This document shows, piece after piece, positions 25,564 to 38,521 of a stretch of DNA of 64,000 nucleotides. A model generated the notes under the pieces. It had not been told where the DNA came from. It saw only the letters and a program-made list of their open reading frames with translations, and made no database searches. The stretch spans positions 7,812,001 to 7,876,000 of the forward strand of contig NC_043012.1 of NCBI RefSeq assembly GCF_006345805.1. The letters are read 5' to 3'. How positions within the stretch are numbered: position 1 is the first letter of the stretch; each line of letters opens with the position of its first letter. The DNA is from Octopus sinensis. Lineage: Eukaryota. The position numbers were made by a program, and so were the translations under genes.

Positions 25564-25859
25564 ATATATATATATATATGATTCTCAAAAAAATACATGT
25601 ATATGTGTGTGTGTGTGTGTGTGTGTGCATAGCCTGAAAACTGAAACTCAATTGGCAAACAGTTACATAATCAGATGCAGTTATGTCCATAAAAGTTGTA
25701 GAAATAACTAAACTAAAGTGATTAGTAGTAATTAGCAACAAGCCATTAATGACTGTTTAATTATGCTCCCGGCCATGGAAATATCTTGAAAACATATTTC
25801 TGGTGTTGTAGTTCAAAGCATTCATTATATATAGAGACAACAGTTTGTATGCTCTAGAG

Positions 25860-26085
25860 CAGTGCTTCCCAAAGTGGGCGGTGTTTTCCCCTGGGGCAGT
25901 GGAAAGTTCCAAGGGGGTGTTGAAGTGGGGCGATAATGAGGTAGCGATTCACAAAATAATGGGTTCGTTAGGCTAAGTTTTATTTGTGAAATACAGTTGC
26001 TTTGAATTTGCTTCAGAATGAGGTCTATGTTTGTGATTGTTAGTTGGGGTGGGGCTGGCAGCCTGAAAATATTTGGGAACCACTG
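25860..26085. mobile_element. hAT (Charlie-like) MITE
   Basis: TIRs CAGTGCTTCCCAAA / TTTGGGAACCACTG with a perfect 8-bp TSD CTCTAGAG (25852-25859, 26086-26093). Confidence 0.88.
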
Positions 26086-26281
26086 CTCTAGAGGGACAGC
26101 AAGCATGGTTGTGTGGTCAAGCTGCTCATTGCCCAGCCATGTGATTTGGCTGCTCTAGAGGGACAGCAAGCATGGTTGTGTGGTCAAGCTGCTCATTGCC
26201 CAGCCATGTGATTTGGCTGCTCTAGAGGGACAGCAAGCATGGTTGTGTGGTCAAGCTGCTCATTGCCCAGCCATGTGATTT
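26083..26281 (+). repeat. Perfect 67-bp tandem repeat, three copies
   Basis: Units start at 26083, 26150 and 26217. Each unit is the MITE end, its TSD and a SINE A 5' head. Confidence 0.9.
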
Positions 26282-27182
26282 CAGGTTCAGTCCCACAGTG
26301 CAGCACTTTGGACAAGTGTCTTTTCCTATAGTTTGGGGCTGACCTTGTGAGTGAATTTGCAAAATGGAAACTGTCAGAAACCTGTTTTGTGTTTGTGTGT
26401 GTGTGTGTGTGCACGTGCACGTGTGTACATACATATCTTTTCTGTTTTTTTTTATTTTACTTGTTTAAGTCATCAGATTGTGGCCATGCTAGGGCACTAC
26501 CCTGAAGAATCTTTAGTCAAATGAATCAACCCCAGTACTTATCTTTGTAAGACTGATAGTTATTCTACTGGTCTCCTTTCTGAAGCCACTAAGTTATGGG
26601 GACATAAACACACCAACACCGGTTGATAAGCAGTGGTGGGGGACAAACATAGATGCAACACACACACATATACACAACTGTCTTCTTTTCATTTCCTGTC
26701 TACCAAACTCACTCACAAGGTTCTGGTCAGTCTGAGGCGGTAGTAGAAGAGACTTGCCCATGGTGCCATGCAGTGGGACTGAACCCGGAACCATGTGGTT
26801 GGAAAGTAAATTTCTTACCACACAACCATACCTCAGTGTGTGTGTGTTTGTGTGGTGTGTGCATCTGCAGTATCTCTCACTCTCTCTCATCACACCTCAG
26901 AGATTCTATGAAAGCAAAACTAAAATACATTCCAGAATATTTCCACCTGCCAAAGAGATTAATAATTCAACAGTCATCAGGTACGCTGTGTTATCTGGGA
27001 TTATCTTCAGTGATTGAGTAGACTTCCGAGAGGCAAGCAGTTTTAAGTTAACCAGCTACTATAACAACCGGAACATTATCAGAGTAAAACATAAACATGA
27101 ACTCATTCGATATACCATTGCCAAAAAATTAGATAGAAATTACAAAACTGATATCTTGGCAAAATGAATTTCCTTCATTTCT

Positions 27183-27220
<38 letters not shown>

Positions 27221-27521
27221 TATTAGCTATTATCTACATCATCACTAGCACCGCTTTCATCAACATCACCACCATATGCTGTACACATTAGCATTCATAC
27301 ATCACCGCCACAACTCCTTTCTTCTTTAACACCATCGCCATCCCCTATATCACTACCATCACCACCACCACAATAAGTTATTACACTTCTATTCACCATC
27401 TGCCATGACCCTTATATTGTTACCTTGACCCCAGCATTAAACATCCTTTTCTCTGCTTTTTACTCATAAATTCGTCCCACAATTCACATCCACTCACACT
27501 ATACACCTCACTCTAACCCTA

Positions 27522-27880
27522 GGGTAAAAGAGAAAAGATAATGAGCCCCTTTGGTCATGAACGACCACCATGGGATTGCACTTAGAAAGTTTCCCTCTGA
27601 GACACAAGTCTGGGCAAGGTCGTTTACAAAAAACCAGCAGCCACCCATGCATACCAGTCTCTCCTCTCCATGCCACCGATGTCGTCCAAGGGAAAGGCAA
27701 AGGCCGACACAGCTTGACACCAGTGATGTCGCAACTCATTTCTACAGCTGAGTGAACTGGAGCGACGTGAAATAAAGTGTCTTGCTCAAGAACACAACAC
27801 ACAGCCTAGTGCAGGAATCGAACTCACTACCTCATGATTGTGAGTCTCATGCTCTAACCACTGAGCCATGTGTCTTCACG
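27522..27880 (-). mobile_element. tRNA-derived SINE family D
   Basis: A box TGGCTCAGTGG, B box GAGTTCGATTCC, CTTGAGCAAGACACTTTA core. TSD CTCTAACCCTA (27511-27521, 27881-27891). Further copy at 56862-57185, and a related head at 5532-5660. Confidence 0.8.
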
Positions 27881-28858
27881 CTCTAACCCTACCTGCACTA
27901 TGTACACCCACACCCCCAAAAAGCTAGTACTACATAATCTTGCGGGATTGTTTAAGAGCCAGCAAGATTGCAAGGGCACAAAGAAATCATGTCCAGAGCC
28001 AACCCCTTGCCTTCAGTCCCAACAAACCACCAGTAACCAGTCTTCTTCACCCCCACATCCTTGGTCATCAACGACAACAAAATAATAATAATAATCCTTT
28101 CTACCAAAGGCCCAAGACCAGATATTTTGGGAGAGGAGACTAATCGATTACATCGACCCCAGTGTTTCACTGGTACTTAATTTATTCACCCTGAAAGGAT
28201 GAAAGGCAAAGTTGGCTTCAACAGAATTTGAACTCAGAACTTGAAGACAGATGAAATACCATTAAGCACTTCGCCTGCTGTGCTAACGATTCTGCCAACT
28301 TGCTGCCTTAATAATAATAATGGTTTCGAATTTTGCCACAAGGGCACCCATTTTTGCAGGGAAGGGATATGTCGATTACATTGACCCCAGTGTTTCACTG
28401 GTACTTAATTTATCGACCACAAAAGGATGGAAGGTGAAGTCAACCTCGGTGAAATTTGAACTCACAATGTAGCGGTAGACAAAATACTGCTAAGCATTTC
28501 GCCCCGATTACTAATGATTACTAATGATTACTAATGATTCTACCAGCTCGCCACCTTCTTAATAAAAATAATAATGATAATAATAATAACAATGATTTCG
28601 TGTTTTTACCACAAGGGCAGTTGGGGGGAGGGGGTTTAAGTCGATTGCATTGATCCCAGTGCGTAACTGGTACTTGTTTAATTGACCCTGAAAGGATTAG
28701 AGGCAAAGGTGACCTCGACGGAATTTGAGATCAGAATGTATTGGCAGATAAAATACTTCTAAGCATTTTGCCCCTACGTGCTAACAATTCTGCTACCTCA
28801 CCAGTTTATTATTACAACTACTACTATTATTATTATTATTATTACTACTATTATTATT

Positions 28859-28896
<38 letters not shown>

Positions 28897-29171
28897 CTAC
28901 ACAATCCAACAAGGGATTGTCATTATGGTTATTTATCTTGTGAGAAATAGTAACCAAATCTCTCTCAAATCTTACCATACAGCTTATGAACAAAAAAACG
29001 AAGGATACATTGGACAACATAGTCCCAGGTAATCTACATTTGAACAGAAGATGGCTGGAACACTTGATTGTGGGTTCGATGGATTAGGACTGACCAAGAG
29101 CAAAATAATAGCCCTCACCACACCATGTCCAAACCTCCAGACAGTAAAACTTATACCAAACCATTACTCAC

Positions 29172-29256
29172 AGTTAAAGTTTTGACTTTTTCCTCGGATG
29201 TCTCAATTTTTTTCATTAAGTTTTCTCTAACTTGAGGAATTTCTTGAAGAATAAAC
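29172..29256 (-). CDS. PFDN1: Prefoldin subunit 1, coding exon 3 (FILQEIPQVRENLMKKIETSEEKVKTLT)
   Basis: Acceptor ccaacag, donor GTGAGT, 85 nt. Phase-compatible with exon 2 (AT+G = Met), continuing the MFILQ motif. Confidence 0.94.
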
Positions 29257-29382
29257 CTGTTGGACAGACAAAAGAGAAGAGACTGAGATTAAAAATGATA
29301 AAGTAACTGGGACAAAGCTATGAATATAAGCATCATAATCAACATTTTAATGTCAGATTTTCTAAACTAGCATACGATGGAC

Positions 29383-29770
29383 AAGGTGAGAGTAGAGAGA
29401 GAAGTGCTGTCTGATAGTAAGTTTTCTGAAAGGTGGATAAATGTCGCAAGAATGGCCAGTATGAAAGGAGCCATTCTGAGGTTACACCTGTGATTTAAAA
29501 AGGTAATATAAAAGGAGAAAGGGGCTCTCTACTCCACTTTTGACCAGGCTCCCGTTGGCTTTTATGGGTTTTTTCCACCAGGAACCTTTCGTAATGCCTC
29601 CCCCTATTGGGAGTTTTTCATTGTTATATTTTTGATGTTAAACTGCTTTTTTACTCGGATTTTTTCACAAACGGACAAAACCCTTTGTAACCTTTTATCC
29701 TGTTTTGTCCCTTTTATGTTATAATTAATTTTTATCAGCCGATGTGGCCAATAAAAGAATTAATTGCTAT
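29383..29770 (+). mobile_element. Tx1-like LINE 3' end fragment
   Basis: KVRVEREVLSDSKFSERWINVARMA...* resembles the C-terminus of the 58102 ORF. T-rich 3'UTR with AATAAA. Confidence 0.6.
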
Positions 29771-30831
29771 TATTATGATATAATAATATTATTATAAGCT
29801 GGTAGAATCATTAGCATGTCAGACAAATTGTTTAGAGTGTGGGTAAAAATCGAAGAGAGTGTGGGTAAGGTTGTTAGAGAGTGGGAGAAGAGTAAAGTGG
29901 ATATAAACATGAGTGGAAAAGGGGAGAAAAGGTCAAATGTATGTAGGGGATGAATTTAGTGAATGGTGGACGAAGGCAGGGCAGGTAAATATGAAGGGAA
30001 TGGTGACAAACAGTACAGAAATGGTGATATGGTCTAGTATATAGTAACAGATTCAGCTTTCATTTCTTGAAGCAGCAGCAGAATACAGTAAATAGGAAAA
30101 TGATAGAGGGATTGAGTGATAAGGAGATGAAAGATGGAATAAGATTACATTTGTCTAATGTGAAATAAGAATGTAGTAGTAGTACAATGTATTAGAATTT
30201 TGTTAAAATGATAATAATGTAGATGCAACATCATGCCGTAGCAGAACAGAGAATAAAATTAGATTATAAAATATAAAAAGAGCAAGAGCCAAATCTGTTA
30301 AATCTTCATCGCCATCATCATCCAGTGCTTGCATTCCATACAAGCATGGGCTGGCCAGTTCAATAGGAGCAGATGAGCTGAAGGGCTGCGTTGAACTCCA
30401 GCAGTGGCTCTGGGATGGTTTCTAGGCTGGACACTCTTCCTAATGCCAACCACTTTATGGAGTGTACACTTTGTGCTTTTTTTCATGTCACAAGTGATAT
30501 CAGCAAGTAACTTACAAGACAACACCACTTGAATGAGTGAACGTGTGTGTGTGTGTGGGGGGGGGTAGTATACAGGGAGGTGGTTTTATACCAGGTGTCA
30601 AGATAGGATAAGCACAGGTATTTTGCTGTGGAGGAGATACATGGTTACCCTGCATCATATAAGGCTGGGTGGAAATAGCTGGAAAGAGAGATAAAGAGGG
30701 TGGTGATGAGGTGTCAGGGTATACTCTTATGGTAGAAGAGGGTGAATCATGTAAGAGAGAATAGAGACACATGATTGGAATGGTGGATGGGTAAGTTTAC
30801 AAGAATGTGAAAGGAGTTAGGATAAACTTAC

Positions 30832-30998
30832 ATCCTGCCAACTCCTTCATAAGTTCTGGTGTCACTGGGTAATGTTGAGATTTCCTGATCTAAAACTTTG
30901 GCGTGAGCTTTCTGCCGTTTCAACGTTTCAATCTGAGCATCTGACATCTTCAGCTGTTGACGAGTTGCAATCATTTTTGACTGAAGATCCTGGAAAGC
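30832..30998 (-). CDS. PFDN1: Prefoldin subunit 1, coding exon 2 (AFQDLQSKMIATRQQLKMSDAQIETLKRQKAHAKVLDQEISTLPSDTRTYEGVGRM)
   Basis: Acceptor ttcag, donor GTAAGT, 167 nt open frame. Carries the YEGVGRM beta-prefoldin hairpin motif. Confidence 0.96.
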
Positions 30999-31619
30999 CT
31001 GAAGTCATAAAAAAAAAAGAGAAAGGAGACACTGAATCCTATTGTATTTCATTATTCTGTTTTGTAGCTTAAAAGGGTTCCAGGCAATAGCCCTTGCAGG
31101 CATCATCACTATTTAATGCTGGCATGGGTTGGATGGTTTAACCAGAGCTGGCAAGTTGGGGAGCTGCACCTGACTCCAGTCTGATTTTGCATGGTTTCTA
31201 CGGTTGGATGCCCTTCCTAACACCAAACACTTTGCAGAGAGTGCTGGGTGCTTTTACGTGGTTCTACACAGGCGCTTTACCATGGCACCTCATGGGCATT
31301 TTTATGTGGCACTGCACAAGAGCTTTTATGTGGCACCACACAGGTGCTTTTACATAGCACCACTACAAGTGCTTTACACCACCAGAGGGACCGACTTTAA
31401 TACTTCTGCTGCAAAGTATGAGTCTTCTTGAGTACAACAAGGTGCCAGACATCTAAACAATAAGTGTAATCAAGTCACTGCAGTTGAAGACAAGCTATGA
31501 CTTCTGCAGGTAAATATTTGTAAGTAAAACATTGTCAAAGAAGGAAGGAATTCCATCTAATTTCTGTGGTACCCTTTATAATGAGTGCAGAGCCTAGTAA
31601 TATCAATCTCAGTATCTTG

Positions 31620-31828
31620 TGTGTATATGAATACTGGAGTACCTTTCATAAGTGTGAGTACTGGGGTAACATTCATAGTATGGGAAGTACTGGAGTACCC
31701 ATGATAATATGCAAGTACTAGGATACCCTTCATAGTATGTAACTACTGGGGCACCCTTCACAGTATGTAAGTACTGGGGTACCCTTTCTAATATGTGTGA
31801 ATACTGGGGTATCTTTCATATGTGAGCA
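31620..31828 (+). repeat. Degenerate minisatellite, ~29-bp unit, about 7 copies
   Basis: Repeated AGTACTGGGGTACCCTTCATAGTATGT-like units. Confidence 0.8.
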
Positions 31829-31844
31829 ATGCCTAGTTGTTCTG

Positions 31845-32060
31845 GTTTTTTATATCTTGAATATAAGTTCTAGAATTTCTCTCGGACTTATACATGTATT
31901 TATCTATATCTATTTTTAAAACTATTCCCAAGGCACTTATTGTAGAGACTATTTCTGGTTTCAATCCCCACATTCTGCTTATTCGTTGTTTTAGGTCTTT
32001 ATAATTTGATAGTTTCTCGATTTATTTTAGAGAAGTTCTGTGTGTCAGCAGAATCAGACA
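31845..32060 (-). mobile_element. Degenerate R4/Dong-like (RLE endonuclease) LINE remnant
   Basis: Minus-strand translation SLK*IEKLSNYKDLKQRISRMWGLKPEIVSTISALGIV matches the K..KY.DL...W...GALG motif. Confidence 0.65.
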
Positions 32061-33039
32061 AAGAATAAATGACAAGATAAAGGAAAACAGTCAGAGGGTT
32101 TCAATGGAATGAAACACAAAAGAATGCACAACAAGAAGAAACTGGTTTATTGCAGGAAACGGTTCCAGACAAGCTACAATTCTGTGTCTCAATGGAATCA
32201 GACACAAGAGAAGAGATAAGAAGATAAAAGACGGGTTTTTATTGTGGGACAGTTCTTCTTCAACATCATTTAACATCTGTCTTCCATGGGGTCTGGGAAG
32301 CCAGAAGGCTGCACCAGGCCCAGTCTGATCTGGCAATGTTTCTACGGCTGGATGCCCTTCCTAACGCCAACCACTCCATGAGTGTAGTGGGTGCTTTTTA
32401 CATGCCTCAGGCACTATCTTTCAACAGCTGCTTTCCATGTTGGCATGGGTTGGACGGTTTGACAGGAGCTGGCCAGGTAGAGGACTACACCAGGCTACTG
32501 TGTCTGTTTTGGCAGAGATAGGGAAACAATATAAAATATGCTAAATGAAAACACTGAATGCTTGCACTGTCACAGGTTCAAATCCCAGGTCGGAGTTCCA
32601 GTATTTCTGGCTAAAGATCTTTACTCACTTTACCTTGGTGTTTTCTAAATTTTTTAAGGATGGTTGCACTTGGTCCCCCATTACTATAATTATTCAGAAT
32701 TAAACCTCATATATCGTTATAAACAGAATATAATTAAACATTATAATAGACACTAGCATGGCCGTGTGGTCAAGAAGCTAGCTTCCCAACCAGTGGTCTT
32801 GAGTTCTGCCATTCTGAATGACCCCTTGGCCAAGTGTAATTCACCTATATAGCCCTGGGCTGACCAAAGCATATAAGTGTGTATGTGTGTATGTATTTAT
32901 GTACATGTGTATACATATCATCATCATTTAGCGTCCGTTTTCCATGCCAGCATGGGTTGGACGGTTTAACTGGGGTCTGTGAAGCCGGAAGGCTTCATCA
33001 GGCCCGTGATATATTTATAAATATTTATATATAACAAAC

Positions 33040-33290
33040 TATGTGATTTTGCATATACTTTCTTTTTTTGTGAATAACATTTAACTGCTTGAACCAGTTG
33101 AATTTCTTCCACTTAATACAATTTACTTTCTCAATTATTCGCCTCAAGTTTTATATTATTCCACAACTGGAGTTATTCTGTTTATTTTTTAGCTTTCAAA
33201 ACATTCTGGGTGTTTTTTTGCTTCATAATGCTCAACTAATGCTTTTATATTAATTCTAATGCTCTCCTTTTCTCATTTGTAAATCTAATC
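33040..33290 (-). mobile_element. Possible decayed Penelope-like GIY-YIG endonuclease remnant
   Basis: Frameshifted RKGEH...KALVEHYEAKKHPECFES...RRIIEKVNCIK resembles the R..EH / AL.EH...H / R...E...I pattern. Confidence 0.35.
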
Positions 33291-34603
33291 TATCATCATT
33301 GTTTAACGTCCGGCATTCCAAGCTGGCATGAATGGATGGTAGGTCTCATCAATATGCATCTAATACGCCAAATATATATTTGTATTTACACTTATTCCAC
33401 TATTAATTATTCAAGCGCTGGTGCCACTTAAAAAGCACCCTTCCAGTGGTGTGTTAACACAGCTGTGCCGACACTGCATAAACGCACTCATGCTGGTGGC
33501 AAGTAAAAAACACCCAGCATACTCTGTTAAGTGGTTGGTATTAGGAAGGGCATCCAGCCATAGAAACCATGACACAACAGACTGTTGGAGTCTGGAAAGC
33601 TCTGTGCTAGCGAGCTCCATGTCAAACCATTCAACCCATGCCAACATGGAAAGCAGCTGTTGAAAGATAGTGCCTGTGGCATGTAAAAAGCACCCACTAC
33701 ACCCACGGAGTGGTTGGCGTTAGGAAGGGCATCCAGCCGTAGAAACATTGCCAGATCAGACTGGGCCTGGTGCAGCCTTCTGGCTTCCCAGACCCCAGTT
33801 GAACCGTCCAACCCATGCTAGCATGGAAAGCGGACGCTAAACGAAGATGATGATGATACTGACAGAGGTATTATATAGGTGCAGGCATGGCTGTGTGTTA
33901 AGTTTGCTTCCTAACAATATGGTTCTGTGTTCCGTCCCACTGTGTGACACCTTGGGCAAGTGTCTTCTACTGTAGCCTAGAGCCAACTAAAGCCTTGAGT
34001 GGATTTGGTAGGCGGAAACAGAAAAAAGGCTGTCTTTGTTTGTCCTCCACCCCACCACCACTGCCAACCGGTGTTCATGTGTTTACGACACGTTACTTAG
34101 CGGTCTGGCAAAAGAGAACGATAGAATAAGTATCAGGCTTGCAAATAAAATAAGTACTGCGATCGATTCGTTCGACTAAAAATTCTTCAATGCAGTACCC
34201 CAGCATGGCCACACCCTAATGACTGAAACAAGTAAAGCTACAAGATAATGTATTCAACTTTAGCCTGTTATTATTATACAGCATTGCGCGTAGATACAGA
34301 TATTGGCTTGAGCGGTCAAGACGTTCACTTAGTAACCATGAAGACACCGTTTCGAACTGCGTAGCATCTTGAGCAAGTACAATAGTCATTGAGAAGTAAG
34401 CGAGAAACAAGTTGTTTAATACCTTAAAAGAAAAGGCATGAACGTAACAACTAGCATCACATTCTCACCTATACCTGGATTTGTGCCAGAAAGCAAGGAA
34501 CCAGTATATTAATACCGTTCAAGTTATCAACTGAAATTGAAGTAACAAATGGATATACATGTTTTGCTAAGAATGTGTCAACACCGTAATAGTACCCTAT
34601 ATA

Positions 34604-34642
<39 letters not shown>

Positions 34643-34928
34643 ACTTATAAACAAGGGTAAAAGAAAAAATTCTAATGCCAAATATGCCGAAATATAGACT
34701 TATTCATCAATAACCATATAATTTATCACTATAAGCACGTGTCTCGAAAGCAAGTCGATAGAAATTTCTATAAATTTAATTATATATATATGATTGATTG
34801 ATTCTAGTTTCAGCTCACGAGCTGTGGCCATGCTGGGGCACCGCCATTATATATATATATATATATATAGCGTGTGTGTGTAAGAAGAATGCTGAGGTTT
34901 CCACCAGAAACAAAAATCAAAAACGTGA

Positions 34929-34988
34929 AAAGTGACAATGGTTTATGCCACTAAAATATATTTTAGTGGCATAAACCATTGTCACTTT
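34929..34988. repeat. Perfect 60-bp spacerless palindrome
   Basis: AAAGTGACAATGGTTTATGCCACTAAAATA|TATTTTAGTGGCATAAACCATTGTCACTTT. Confidence 0.95.
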
Positions 34989-35232
34989 AGCTACTTATAT
35001 ATATATATAATATGCATATACGTGTGTGTATATGTACATACATATATACATATAAGATACACAAACACACACTATATATATATGATGCATTAACTCATAG
35101 CCTAATGTGCGGGCACAATAACGGTGTTGACGCATTCTTAACAAAACATGGATATTCATTTGTTCTTTCAATTTCACTTCATAACTTGAACGGCAATATA
35201 CTGGTTTTTATATATATATATATATATATATA

Positions 35233-35411
35233 GGTACTACTAGCGAACAGTGGTCCCGGTGCACGCTAGCTAGTCGTAAGTAGTCGATCCTAAATAATTT
35301 TTTAAACTAAGTAAATAAATTATTTTCATAAACAAACTAAGGTTAGGGTTAGGGTTAAAAAGTCGTTGTAGGATCGACTACTTACGACTACCACTGTTCG
35401 CTTGTAGTACC
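35233..35411. mobile_element. MITE with bipartite TIRs and internal TTAGGG repeats, inserted in (TA)n
   Basis: Outer GGTACTACTAGCGAACAGTGG / CCACTGTTCGCTTGTAGTACC and inner TAGTCGTAAGTAGTCGATCCTA / TAGGATCGACTACTTACGACTA inverted pairs. Confidence 0.75.
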
Positions 35412-35960
35412 TATATATATATATATATACACACACATATATATGTATTTATTTACTACTCACAAGGGGCTAAACATAGAGGGGACAAACAAGGACAGAC
35501 GAGCGGATTAAGTCGATTACATCGACCCCCAGTGGGTAACTGGTACTTAATTTATCGACCCCGAAAGGATTAAAGGCAAAACAAATTCAAGACAATATAA
35601 TGTATTTGAGCTGCCACTTCAAGCACCTCGTAGAGGCTGACTCGTGTATGTACATATATACTCGTATGTGTGTGTATATATATATATATATTATATATAT
35701 ATGTATATATATATATAATGCTGTGATACTATTTCTATCCTATCAATCGACGCCTACAAAAGTTCCCCCTCGTTGGTTTGTTCTCAAGTTTTTGTCTTTT
35801 GATCAATTATATTATTCTATCAAACCACCGAAGATCGACGTCTGAATTATGAACACAAATTACTTCCTAATCCGGCAAATCTAATGATCTAAAGTTTACG
35901 TGGGGACCTAGAGGAGATCAGTGACTGTATTATAAAAAGAACGGAGGAGAATAAACTAAC

Positions 35961-36002
35961 CTTTTTCAGCTCTTGATCGACGGGGATTCCTGCCACAGCC
36001 AT
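35961..36002 (-). CDS. PFDN1: Prefoldin subunit 1, coding exon 1 (MAVAGIPVDQELKK)
   Basis: ATG at 36002 in AAAATGG context. Peptide matches the PFDN1 N-terminus (human MAAPVDLELKK). Donor AAG|GTTAGT, phase 0. Confidence 0.93.
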
Positions 36003-36214
36003 TTTGGTTTCAGGAAGAGATAACTCGTCTCAGCTACTGTCTTAATGAACGGAACTAGTGGCTGGCCTGCTAGAAATAGCAGCCGCATTAGATAATGAAG
36101 ACCATGATATGCGCACACATACACGCACACACACATCTTTTTTGGAACTGAATCTCGAAGTACATAGAAAGCACTATCAAAAATAACATGTAAATATTGG
36201 GTTGAAAAACCAAA

Positions 36215-36301
36215 AGTCGAAGGCTATCCATGGGACTCGACTATACACTTCCTGTAGACATTACAGGTGTTCTACCATTGAACCAAAGTAATCCTTCGAC
36301 T
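36215..36301 (-). other. Short tRNA-like element with extended terminal stem and oligo-T end
   Basis: AGTCGAAGG...CCTTCGACT-TTT, A box TTGGTTCAATGG, degenerate B box. A diverged second copy lies at about 25061-25152 (+). Confidence 0.5.
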
Positions 36302-36415
36302 GTCATAATTCATTTTAGAAACCTTCTTACCAACGAGAATTCTTACGACGTCAAATTAGTGCTTCAGTATGTTTGCAGCCGCATGGTTGAAACGATTAAA
36401 AGATATATATATATA

Positions 36416-36536
36416 GGGAGAGTTTACGAAAAAAACAAAAGACGAAGACAGGTGGTGTACAAAACAAACAGATGTATTAGTATAACGCTCAGGAATAGAA
36501 AAAAGTCTTTTACGTTTCGAGCCTGCGCTCTTCTAC
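36416..36536 (-). mobile_element. Penelope-type short element with 5'-truncated hammerhead
   Basis: GA-A-GAGC(GCAG)GCTC-GAAACGTA-AAAGAC at 36533-36505. Shares the downstream CTGAGCGT motif and T-rich tail ending in (TA)n with the 17588-17795 element. Confidence 0.55.
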
Positions 36537-36545
36537 ACACACACA

Positions 36546-36629
<84 letters not shown>

Positions 36630-36830
36630 TATATATATATATATATTCATTTACTTGTTTCAGTTATTTGACTGCGGCCATGATGGGGCATCACCATAAG
36701 GGTTTTTAAGACGAACAGATCAAGTACTTATTCTATTAGTTTCTTCGGCCGAACCGCTAAGTTACATGAACGTAGACACACCAACATCGGTTGTCAAGTG
36801 TTGATGGTAGGGACAAACGCAGACACAAAC

Positions 36831-36872
<42 letters not shown>

Positions 36873-36873
36873 T

Positions 36874-36907
<34 letters not shown>

Positions 36908-37436
36908 ATCGACGGGTTTCTTTCGTTTTCTGTCAACCAAATCTACTCACAAGGCTTGCACAGGCAACGGCCATATATCTATATATATATCGTCGGCTTC
37001 AGCTCCAATCCAAGCATTGGGTTCGTCACTATACATCCCGTCTCCTTCTTGTATCCCTGCCGTAAGGCTTTATTTCCACACACGCCAGCTTAATTTAATT
37101 CGTCCATAGTCGAAAGACACCTATTGTTATGTCCTGTTATTTGTATTTGTGTAACTTTCTCCGTTTTTTTTCGTCCTTGTTTTCGTATACATTCTCTGCT
37201 TTCTTCCAAGGAATCCAATGCTCTTTGCTTAGATTTACCTTGGGGCTGGCCAGATTGGAGCAATCTCGAGTATAACTAGCCGAAATTGCAAAGCTAATCT
37301 GGAACTCGACTGAAGAAAGAAAACTTCGAATGGCCCGTCCTTGTTTTCTTTGTATCGTCTATCTGGATGTTTTGTTTTCCCTTTCTTGTATCACCTAACT
37401 ATCTGGATGTTTTGCGTTCTTGACCTATTTTGTATT

Positions 37437-37469
<33 letters not shown>

Positions 37470-38486
37470 CGGTTAATATTGATTAATAAACAACAATATG
37501 AAATGTCGGAGTCTGCAGTTGTAACGATAAAAATTTGTTGTTATAACGGCAAGTTATAGGATGTGAAAGATGAAAAATACATTAAGTTTTAAGGAAATAT
37601 TTATTTACCGTTACGTTACAGTACCTTGCCTCGACGGGCAGGTTATGATTAAAATCGTAAAGCATGCGAAGTAAGGTTTGTGTTTGTGTCCTCTTCATTG
37701 TTTAGTAGTAATTACAGAGAGAGATAGAATGATGTTGTAAGAGAACAGAATTAGAGCTAGTGAGAGTTGTAGGGTGTTGTCTCACAGTTGCTGACAGTAA
37801 ACCTCATTTCTCCCTCTGACCAAGTTTCTAGCTGGTCAGCCAGACTTCGTTCTCACTTAGTTGTCATCGTAGTGACTAACTGGTTCAGTCGTCACCGAAG
37901 TTACTGAACTATTTTTTTGCTTGGGGTTTATGCTTTTATAAATATCCAGAAGGATAGACATATCATTGAGAACAATAGATTTAGTTGGTGGTCTTGTTAT
38001 CTCTATTCTAGCTTTTGGTGAAGTAGAAGTTATAAGGGTCAAGTGGGGAAGACATCATTTCGGCCTAGCTAAAGGCAATCTGGCAAATATAAAACTCCTG
38101 TCACAGAAAAACTAGTTTTACCGTGAGAAATGTTAATTTAAATTTGGCTATGGTGGATCAAATCCACTTCATGCTTGCAAGATTCCCTACACACACACAC
38201 ACACACAAATATATACTTACTTGGAAACGACCCTCTATGTTTGTTTTCCTTCGATTTCCTTGTATGTCTCCACTGTCCTGTTTTTGTTCCCAACTTTGAC
38301 TCACCATAAATCCAAAATTTTATTTTGGTTTTTATGGGAGCAACTGTCTTCCAAGACTCATATTGTCGTTCAGTGCTCGAAATGAGGAGTAGATAGATAG
38401 CTGACAACCGATGAAAGGTCGTTCTTTGTGTTACTCATCTTGTTTTCAATTTTTTTCTCTCGTTGTTTGCATATTTAGCTCATTTG

Positions 38487-38521
<35 letters not shown>

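Noticed and set aside
35340-35357. Telomere-like TTAGGG repeats
   Set aside because: Only about three units, internal to a MITE. It is not a telomere or fusion site.
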